Assembly: GCA_043228905.1 (NCBI GenBank)
Contig: JBHGNT010000008.1
Span: 20,460,001 to 20,524,000, forward strand
DNA length: 64,000 nucleotides
Source of the DNA: Azolla caroliniana
Taxonomy: Eukaryota > Plantae > Polypodiophyta
Direction of reading: 5' to 3'
The first letter of the stretch is position 1, and each line of letters opens with the position of its first letter. A program made the translations under genes and the position numbers. This document shows positions 50,101 to 60,700 of this stretch, one piece after another. The notes beneath the pieces are model-generated. The model saw only the letters and a list, made by a program, of their open reading frames with translations. It was not told the DNA's origin and ran no database searches.

Positions 50101-52805
50101 TTACGCGCAAAGAGAAAGGGAAGAAGAAGGTGTCGGATTCCGGCACGGAAAGGAACGAGTCAGATCGACGCGAGTCCGACTCCGAGGGAACCGGTGACGG
50201 GTCTGTAAAGGTGAAGACCGCGTCGACCGAGAAGGCCTTGACATCGGCTAATGTGAGATTACGCCGATCTACCCGCCAGAAGAATCCTGTTTTGCGGTTT
50301 GGATACAACGAGTACATGGCGCATCATTATGCGTACATGACCGGTGTAGCGGAAGTGCGTGAGCTGGAGAGCTACGCAGAAGCGGCGAAGGACGTGAATT
50401 GGCGTGCCGCGATGGAGAAAGAGATGCACGCATTGGCAGTGAACGAGACCTGGGACCTGGTTGACGCACCGAGAGGGGTAAAACTAATCGGGTGTAGGTG
50501 GGTGTATAAGGTCAAGTACAACACCGTTTGCTCGGTCAACCGGTACAAGGCTCGGCTAGTGGCAAAGGGCTACGTGCAGAAACATGGCATCGACTACGAT
50601 GAGACGTTTGCGCCGGTCGCGAAAATGACGACCGTCCGTGTTTTGCTCGCAGTAGCCGCGGCCAAGGGGTGGCACTTACATCAGATGGATGTAAAGAATG
50701 CGTTCCTGCAAGGCGACCTTGAGGAACAGGTGTACATGGTACAGCCCCCTGGATTTCACTCCGGAACGAACTCCTCGGCAGTCTGCCGACTGAAGAAGTC
50801 CCTTTACGGACTGAAGCAAGCCCCGCGTGCCTGGAACGCGAAGATCACGCAACAACTGCGTCGGATGAGCTTCGTCACATCAAAATCGGACTCTTCCTTG
50901 TTCATCCGGAAAGGTCGACTAGGACCGGTTAGTATTTTACTATATGTTGATGACTTGGTCATCACCGACGCCGACCTCGGTGAAATCGACCGCGTGAAGC
51001 TCCAGCTTGCGGCATCGTTCGACATGAAGGATCTGGGGGACCTTCATTACTTCCTCGGGATCGAAGTGATCCGTACCCCCGAAGGCATATTGATCAGCCA
51101 ATATCATTACGTGATGAGTATGTTGTTCAAGCTCGGGATGGCCGACTGTAAGTCCGTGTCGACTCCTCTTGACAGAACAGTCAAGCTTCGTCCCGATACG
51201 GGAAAGGAATGCGACCCGACGAGGTTCCGACAAATTGTCGGAAGCCTCATATACTTGACCATCACCCGACCCGACCTCAGTTATCCGGTCGGGGTGATCA
51301 GTCAGTTCATGGCGCGACCTACTGAGGAGCACCTTCAGTGTGCGCAACGCGTACTTCGGTACGTAAGCGGCACTAAGGACCGAGGACAGCTATATCGAAC
51401 CGGTGCAGCCGCGCAGTTAGTCGGCTACACCAATGCTGATTGTGTTGGCAACGCCGCCGATCGTCGATCCACGTCTGGATACGTGTTCTCCCTCGGGAGT
51501 GCCGCGATCGCGTGGAGCAGTAAGAAGCAGCCAATATGTGCACTGTCGAGCACCGAAGCCGAGTACCGAGGAGCGGCTGTCGCGACATGCGAAGCCATAT
51601 GGTTGAAGCGGCTACTTAAGGACCTGCAAGAGGAGGTGACCGATCCAACGACGATCTACTGCGACAACCTCAGCAGCATCCAACTCGCGAAGAACCCCGT
51701 CTTCCACGCACGGACCAAGCACATTGAGGTGCACTACCATTTCGTCCGTGAGCGTGTCCTTTCCGGTGAAGTCGAACTTCAGTACGTTCCGACGAATCGG
51801 CAGGCTGCCGACATCTTCACCAAGCCTCTTGGTCTGGACAAGTTGCGGCAATTCTCAGGTGCGCTCGGATTGCGTCACCTTGACGTGCCGAACTTGAGGG
51901 GGAGAACGGTCCCGAACGACCAAGCAAGGCAGCAGGAAAGGAGCGGAGACCGCGACACCGAGTCGGTTGTCAAATTCGACTTCGGATCGGCTGAAGAACC
52001 CGAGGGGGGACCTGCGGAAAAGTTCGGAAGCAGACAGAAGGGGAGCAACTGAAGGAGAGAGCCGAAGCCAACCACGCATAGGGAAGATGACGCCATCGAG
52101 GGCGAGATGACCAAAGACGAGTTGGAGACAGCCAACTCGGACGAGAGCGAAGACCGATCGGAGGTAGCCGAGTCAGTTCGGATGTTTGATTCAGATACGC
52201 TGAATCAACCGAGGCCCAAGCGGAAGAAAAGGCAACAGGAGAAGCGTCAACACCGCAACAGCAAAAGAGCTGATAAAGGCCGCATGAGCAGACAAGCCGA
52301 CCAGAAGGGTCGAAGCACACAGAGTCGAACAGGTCGAGGAGCGCGAGCGAGGCGAGAAGCCAGGAGGAACCGGTGCTGTGAAGATCCCGAAGAGCCTCAA
52401 GTTGAGCTTGAGGGGGAGTGTTGAGAGACAAGCTCAACATCGGCCGGATCGGCTGAAGAAGCCGAGGACCGGATCGGTTGGGACTGATCGGTTAGGCCGA
52501 GTGCGTAAACAGGGAGGTCGTTAGGAAAGATATTCCGTGAGGAATATATTTGGGAGTTAGTGTAGGAGCTCTTGATGAGCATTGAAGTATTGTCAGTGCT
52601 TCGGTCAGTCCTTCTAGGACTTGTATAAAAGTGTTCACTGAGCACGTCTTATGTACAGATTGAGTATTATTGTTGAATATAGTTTTCTGTGTTTCTCTCT
52701 CTGTCTCTCCCGCGTATACTGTGTAAGCCCAAGCTCTCCATTGAACCTGAGTTTTCCTTCCTTCTGTTCTGTCTTCATACTTGCTTCCGCACGCTACTTT
52801 TTACA
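47147..52805 (+). mobile_element. Full-length Copia copy 1, TSD TGTAT; LTRs 47147-47533 and 52419-52805; several stops and frameshifts
   Basis: PBS 47534-47545; gag-PR-INT-RT-RH; PPT GAGGGGGAG; lies ~270 bp upstream of the pseudogene ATG. Confidence 0.96.
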
Positions 52806-52899
52806 TGTATGATTACTCAAACACAATCATTCACATTGTTATTATGCTTCATATTGAGTGTTTGTTTCTTTCCTTACCATTAACACACATTAACTACAT

Positions 52900-54300
52900 T
52901 TTTAGGTACACACTTAATGTGTCGGCATATTCTAAAAAATAGATATTTGTTCATTCACATATTAAGCTTCATTGTGGTACAAATGATGATGTAGATATTC
53001 TATGAGGTTTTATATTGTTTCCTTTATTTGATTGATTTGATGATTGAACCTCCTAGAAAGACCACCTTTTCGTTTGAGTCATTTGAGTTTTGTATGCTCT
53101 CCACCTCATATATATGCCAAGGATGCAATACTTTAGTCTTCGTATTCTCCATCTTGTATTATGGACCTCTTAAAATTTTGAAATCTGAATGCTAAATTTC
53201 TCCTTTGTTCCTCGACTTTATTGGATCTCAATAGCGATAAGCCAAATATCAACCACAAATTAAATCTTAAGCACGGAAATATGAAGCAATTCTCATCTTG
53301 GGGAATATTTGTTGCATATGAAACATTTGGGACGAATAATTTCATTATGGCATGCTTTTTGCTTAACTTCACTACACTTCCTCTGAATAGGTCAAACTTT
53401 ATCATTATACCATCATGTTTATTTACCGAGAATTTTTAATTTTAGTAATGTGACATTGTCGATGCAAATTATAAACACAGTATTTTCACGTGGTCATTAT
53501 TCTCTTTCTGTGATATGGTTTGCTTGTTTCTTTTGTTACTATTCACACACAAAGGCATACAAACACCATGTTTTCATGTACAATCTAAGTGGGCACATAT
53601 TGAAAATAGATATTAAGATTTATTTGTTCACATATTAGCATTTCGTTGCTAAATGTCCCTATGCCGAATGTATGAGTTTTTGTATATTTTATCCTTTAAT
53701 TCAATTGCTTCATGTTGGTACGTCCTAGAAAGACCACCTTTTTACTTGACTGATTTGATCGTCATATATATGTTGTCCACCTGTTCTAGATGCCAAAGAA
53801 AAATGTGTGGTCTTCTTGTTCTCCTATTTCTTTAATAACACTTTTTTAACTATGAAAGAAAATTACATGCTCCTACGCGTCTTCTTGTTCAACATTTTGT
53901 TTCGCCTTCTTGACTAGCTTTTAGTTTTGTAGCCCTCTTAAAATTATTATAAATTATATCAGATTCTTAGGAAATATGAAATAACCTCAATTTGGGCAAT
54001 CAGTCTTGGATAAGCAAGATCCAAACACATTATCATTTTTCTTGTCATCATTAACAATTCCATCATAGGCGTGTGTTTGCTTAAGTTTACCATAATAATT
54101 CCTTAGTATAGAGCAAGCGTTATCACTACATGATCTTGTTTATACATTTAGAATTTAGAATTTTACTAGTGTGACATTGTGAATGTAAATTATAAACTCA
54201 AGTCTTTCACATTGTCATTTTTCTCTCTTTTGAAGTGTTTATTTCTTCCATTGCCATCAACATATAGACTTGCAAATGGTATGTTTTCATGTGCCCATAC
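52900..54300. repeat. Old diverged tandem duplication with a ~700-bp unit
   Basis: CCTAGAAAGACCACCTTTT at ~53052 and ~53724; TGTGACATTGT..ATG.AAATTATAAAC at ~53449 and ~54170. Confidence 0.55.
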
Positions 54301-54502
54301 TTATAAAGATATATTAAAATTCATTCACATATACATAATGCAACTCATCCTTCACCATAGGCTATAGAAAACACATAACTAATGCACATAAAACAATCCT
54401 AAAGTTTTTATTTTTGTACCTTTCTTCAATTGCTCTTAGTCTGCCACAAACATACATATCTCCCAAAAGCATTGCCAAGAATAGTTGCCCATGGCCACTT
54501 GC

Positions 54503-57500
54503 TGTTACCCGTAGGAGTTGTACAGGGCGGTATAAGGGTAAAACATGTTGAAGGGGTTGTTCGGTATGTGTAATGTATATGAGTGTGAAGATGAGTATGT
54601 GTGAGCACATGCACAATTATGGGCATGTGACAAGAGTGTAACAGTCTCTTTTGTAACGGTCATTATTTACAGTTACATTTTATAAACCCCTTATGGGCCA
54701 TGTAATGGATAGGCCTTTTTCGCTCTCATTTTGGTGTCTTTATGTATTTGTCTTTCTCTCTGGTTCTCTCTCTAACTTAATCCCCTTGGGAGGGGGCTGA
54801 AGCCATTCTAGGCTTCACCCCCCACCCCACCAACACTTTTGGCATGCTCGAAAGGATGACCCTCCCTTGAGAAGAAGTCATGTTTCCCTCCCTTGCTCTC
54901 CCTCTCCAACTAACGTCTCTCTCTCCCTCTCTGCATCTCTATGTGTGTATGTGTGTGTTGAGAAACATACAACTCAAAGTTAGGACGCCATTGATTTCAA
55001 GCAAGTAAGGAAGTGTATGTAGCTAAAGAAACCTAAATAGATCAAGGAAGCTGAGAGAAAGCATGTTTAGGAAGCAAGAAGAAGAGTTGAGATCCATGGT
55101 GGTTCCCTGTTCTAGAGATGCCATGGCAAAATATGTCCACAGTTACGCCTCCCAACTCTGTGTCTACAAGTTGTTGCAAGGTCCCAAAAAGAAGGTGCTT
55201 TAGACCTTTGGTCTGACAAAGATGGACCTGAACGTTTTTTAATCTCAAGCTCTTCATGGCTATGGCTTGTATCATCACTCCCCACTCAATCTCTTTCTTC
55301 CCAACTCTTTGTCCCATCCCCCTTTTTACCCTTCTTCATTTATCTTCTTCATTCATCATTCAGTACTGCAAAAAACCCTAATCCTAAAAGCTAGACACAT
55401 AGTTAGATCCTTCTCTTACGTTTTCCTTTTGTGACAAAACCCCTAATCCATGATCTTCCGTCCCTACTTGATCCCCTTGTGGTATTGTTGAACCTTAGCT
55501 AGCCTCCCCTTCTTGTTCCATTGCAAAGCTCTAGTCACTTGCTCTGCAACAGTCATCCCATCAATGTTATTTTTATAGATGTAGGACACGTTGTTATGCA
55601 AGTATGCGTGGTTTCTGTCAAGAAAGGTTAGTCGAAAGTGATGACTCATGCTTTTGACTGATCCCTAAGTGCAAGGGACTGTGAAGAATTTCTATTTGAT
55701 GATCCCTAAGTTCAAATACAAGTAAAAGATTGATGGCCATTCTGACGCAAGAGCATTACAAATTCTTACTAAGATTCTTACGAATTACCAAGATTTTTAC
55801 TAATGTCTTCAAGGAGCCTGGCAGGACCAAGAATGCTAGTGAATGTATGGCTCAAGGTTGTGTTGTCCAGTGTGCTATGTCTTGAGTGAAAAGGATCTAC
55901 CCTAACTCTAAAGGAGGAGGAACTTCTTTAGAGACTATCCTACAGCCCCGATAGATGGTCGGACGATCGAACGGACGAAGATAGTCAGCAGACGGCGATG
56001 GTCGGACAAATGTCCAAAAGCCGGCACACGGACAACCGCAGACACAGCCACGGAGAGGGACTGCCAACGACCGTGGAGACAGCCGAAGGACAACCGACCC
56101 CGAAGGACAACCGAAAGACTCCGATAGAGGTCCGACGACTGGCGAACAGTGACAGTCGAGAATGACCATGGTCGCGAGGACGGCCAAGACGCGGCCGAGA
56201 GTACGGCTAAGCGATGGCCGGAAAACGACGGCTGAGAGACGCGGCAAAAAGCATAGCCGAGACGCGAGGCCAAGAATATGGTCGAGATGCGTATCCCAGA
56301 ATACGCCGAGACGCGTGGCCGAGATGCATGGCCCAGAATACGGCCGAGATGCACAGCCCAGAATACGGCTAAGGCGTGCGGCCGAGAGTACGGCTAAGAC
56401 GCGTTTCCGAGGCGCACGACCAAGACATGGCCGAGAAACCGAGCGTGGCCAAGATGCAGCCGAACAGTTGGCAATAGATTGCCACGGACAGAGCTGGCCA
56501 GCCGGTTGGACAGCGGACAACAGGGCAATAGAGGTGACGCACAGGTAGATGGAGACGGGCCAAAGATGGCCAATGGAAGAAGAAGAACCAAGAAGAGGAA
56601 AGGAAGAAATGAGAAGATACATGGAAGACAGAAGGATGCACAGAAAACAGAAGAAGAAAAAGGAAAAGAGGTGAACAAGATCGAAACGGGGGAGCAGGGA
56701 AAAGGAAGGGGAACAAAAGACATATAGAAGAAGACCGACGCAGAGAAGGTACGTAGAGAAAATGGAAAAAAAAGAAGAAGAAGAAGAGGGGAAAAAATAA
56801 AAAAATAAAAAAATTGAAGAAATAGAAGGGCATTCTACACAATTTCAGAAACGTAAGGGCAGAGAGGAAATTTTCAATAATTCGAGGGCATGCCATCGGA
56901 TTTTAGAAGCTCGAGGGCAGAAGAGGAAATTTTGAGAACTCAAGGGCATAAAATAAAATTTAAAAAAATTTGAGGGTAAAAACTTTAGAGACCAAGGGTA
57001 AAAATATACAAAGCTCAATTCACATGACGAAACCGAAAAATACACATACATGTAACAGAATCATGAAAGGCCCATGCCACAATGAAGGAGCCAATTGGTG
57101 TGTGATCCAATTGAGCGACATGCTGACCGAACGAGAAGGTTCGCGTCAAGCAATGCTCCAATTAAAGTTATCGATGGTAGAGCTATGATCCGGTTGACGG
57201 ATTTCCGACCGTTAAGACAACCGATGGAGTTCCGGTTGTTAAATAGTTGCCATGGCGAGTGGGTTCACCGTGCGATACACTGTCCCACAGGCGTGCCATG
57301 TGTTACCCGTAGGAGTTGTACAAGGCGGTATAAGGGTAAAACACGTTGAAGGGGTTGTTCGGTATGTGTAATGTATATGATTGTGAAGATGAGTATGTGT
57401 GAGCACATGCACAATTATGTGCATGTGACAAGAGTGTAACGGTCTCTTTTGTAACGGTCATTATTTACAGTTACATTTTATAAACCCCTTATGGGGCATG

Positions 57501-57633
57501 TAATGGATAGGCATTTTTCCCTCTCATTTTGGTGTCTTTGTGTATTTGTCTTTCTCTCTAGCTCTCTCTCTAACTTAATCCCCTTGGGAGGGGGGTGAAG
57601 TCATTCTAGGCTTCAACCCCCACCCCAACAACA
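54503..57633 (+). mobile_element. Non-coding non-autonomous LTR element (LARD/TRIM-like): 333-bp LTRs, TSD CTTGC, PBS-like sites at both ends, no PPT
   Basis: LTRs 54503-54835 and 57301-57633; CTTGC at 54498-54502 and 57634-57638; TGGCATGCTCGAAAGGA at 54840-54856; TCCCACAGGCGTGCCA at 57283-57298. Confidence 0.92.
56170..56470 (+). repeat. Degenerate GC-rich short tandem array (GGCCGAGA/ACGGCTAAG/CCCAGAATAC units)
   Basis: Recurring ~20-bp units inside the non-autonomous element. Confidence 0.7.
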
Positions 57634-57705
57634 CTTGCCTCATATCAATGGAGCAAATACCCAAAGATGTCGTTGATACCTCCAATGTATACAACGATTA
57701 AACAT

Positions 57706-60700
57706 TGTTGAGAGACAACCTCAACATCGGCCTGATCGGCTGAAGAAGCCGAGGACCGGATCGGTTAGGACCGATCGGTTAGGCCAAGTGCGTAACCCGG
57801 GAGGTTGTTAGGAAAGATATTCCGTGAGGAATATATTTGGGAGTTAGTGTAGGAGCTCTTGATGAGCATTGAAGTACTGTCAGTACTTCGGTTAGTCCTT
57901 CTAGGACTTGTATAAAAGTGTTCACTGAGCACGTCTTATGTACAGATTGAGTATGATTGTTGAATATATTTTTGTGTCTACTCTCTCTGTCTCTCCTACG
58001 TATACCGTGTAAGCCCAAGCTCTCCATTGAACCTGAGTTTTCCTTCCTTCTGTTCGGTCTTCATACCTGCTTCCGCACGCTACTTTCTACATGGTATTAG
58101 AGCGCGAGGGTTGAGAACCTCTCTGCAGCCGACACAGCTTGACGAAGAAGAACGAGAAGAACAATGGATAGAGGCATGGTGAGCTCGCTTCCAACAGAGA
58201 AGCTCGACAGAACCAACTACGCGTCTTGCTCCTACAAGATGCACCAGTACCTACTCGGGCACGGCTACTGGAGTTATGTCGAAGGAGCTAATGACGCGGC
58301 ACCCGAATCAACACACAGAGACTTCCCGTCGTGGGAGCAATCGGCGATCAGGGTATTGTACTCCTTCGCGTCGTGTGTGGGCGAACAGTTATTGAGCTAT
58401 GTTCGGGATGCAAAGACGCCGAAGGGTGCGTGGGAAAATCTGAAGAGGATTTTGGCCGAGAGCACCATAGCCAGGAAGCTTCAACTCCGAAAGGAGTTGA
58501 GCAACCTACGACAACGTGATTTGTCGGTGGCGGACTATACCTCGAAGATCAAGGATATCTGCGACTCCCTCGCCTCCATAGAGGTGAACATCGAGGAGAG
58601 CAAGATGGTCCAGATCTGTCTCGGAGGTTTGGCGTCGAAGTTCGGAGTGTTCCGAACGGCTGTGTGTACCCGGGAGAATACGCCGTCCTTTTTCGACTTG
58701 CAGTCGATGCTCCTGGTAGAGGAGAACCACACAGGTGCGTCTACAAGCACGCACGCCGACAGCAGAATGTTATACACGGAGGGAGATAGGCCTCACGGAC
58801 GTGGAGGACGAGACGAGTTGGGGCGCAATGAAGGCGGCCGACGAAATCAAGGAAGAAGGCACCGAAGTGATGCCGATAGCAACTCTGAACCCTCCGGAAA
58901 AAGGGGGAGTCGAAGCGATGAGAACCGGCAAGGGAAGGCCATCGCGGAGTGCTGGTACTGTGGCAATAAAGGCCACAGGGAAAGTGAGTGCTGGAAGAAG
59001 CGCGCCAATTCAGAGAGAACCGGTTCCGGAAACGGCTCCGGACATACCCACAAGGGAAATCGGCAGCGATCGCACTACGCCAAATACTCCGGGAGAGCTG
59101 GAGCAGGGTCTATCTTCGTGTCGAGACACGAAGCAAACTCAATGAAACAAAGCACCCCGAGATCGGACGAGGTGTGGTACGTAGACTCCGGTGCGTCAAA
59201 CAACATGACGAGCCATAAGGAGTGGTTCTTGTACCTTGAAAACCGATACAACCTCGAGTAGTTGCAACAGGAGACGACACTCCGCATCCGATCGCGAATG
59301 TCGGAGAAGTTCCCCTTAGCCATGTCGGGCAGAAAGGGAAACTCATGAACGTGTTGCACGTTCCGACAATCACGAAAAACTTGGTCTGGGTCGGACAGAT
59401 CGTCGACCAAGGGATGGAGGTTCGGTTTACACACCTCGGGTGCTTCATTGAGGAAGAAGGCCATGTGATTGCGCAAGGGCGCAGAGACAGGAGGATGTTC
59501 ATCCTCGACTCCACTGACGGCGGCACCGCAATGCTCATGAAGGGACAAAAGACCGAGTCGGACATCGACTTGTGGCACAAGCGGATAGGCCACGTAAACC
59601 ACCAACGGCTTCAAAATCTGCAATCGAAACAGGTAGTATTCGGATTGCCCAAATTTAGTGGCCGAAAGGCACAAATTTGTGAAGCCTGGCAGCTCGGGTA
59701 GCAACACCGACTTCCTTTCCCCAACGAGCGAAATCGGAGCCGGAACAAGCTCGACCTTATACACTCTGATGTATGGGGGCCGGCACAAAACGTTAGTCTT
59801 GGCGAGAGCCGATATTTCGTCTCCTTCATCGACGACCACACGCGGCACACATGGATCTACCCCATTGAGAGGAAGAGCGAAGTCTTCGACTGTTTCCGGG
59901 ACCTCAAAGGGTTCGTGGAAACGGAAACGGGACGAAAGATCAAGTGCCTGCGGTCGGATGGCGGGAAACAGTACTTTTCCGGTCAATTCAACGGTTATCT
60001 ACAACAAATGGGAATTCGGCGCGAATTCAGTTGTAGATACACGCTAGAGCAGAACGCCGTGACCGAGAGAAAGAATCGGTCAGTTGTGGAAGTGGCACGG
60101 GCAATGCTGGAGGAGAAGAGCTTGCCCAAGTTCTATTGGGCCGAGGCGGTAAGGACCGCGGTATACATCCAGAACCGGATCGGAGACAAAGTGTCGGTGC
60201 ACGAGCTATATTTCGGAACGAAGCCGAACTTGCGACACTTGAGGGTGTTCGGTAGCATCGCGTATGTGCATGTACCGAAGGAGAAAAGGAGGAAGCTGGA
60301 CGCAAAGGCCGAGAAATGCATCTTGGTCGGTTACTCGGACGAGTAGAAGGGTTATGAGTGTTATAACCCTCGCACCAAACAAGCGCGTGTCAGCTGCGAC
60401 GTTGTGTTTGACGAGTCCGCGTCCTGGTACCAGCCTCCGACTCCGAACCCCAACTCCATTCCGAGCTCTGACGATGAGGTCAGCAAGGCCGAGCTGCCTC
60501 CGGATGAGCCCGAAATGGAGACCCGCGAAGACAGTCCGATTTCACTCCGGTTAAGTGGACCGATTGGACGACTAAGTCGGTATGACCAGTCCGATGAAGA
60601 GCCAGCGAGTAGTAGAGACTCGGCCGTGCATTCCCTACACAGGAAGCCGAGGAGACAGCTTACGCGCAAAGAGAAAGGGAAGAAGAAGGTGTCGGATTCC

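Noticed and set aside
55897-56896. ORFs of 109-241 aa on both strands
   Set aside because: They are translations of low-complexity repeats and purine tracts, with no recognisable domain.
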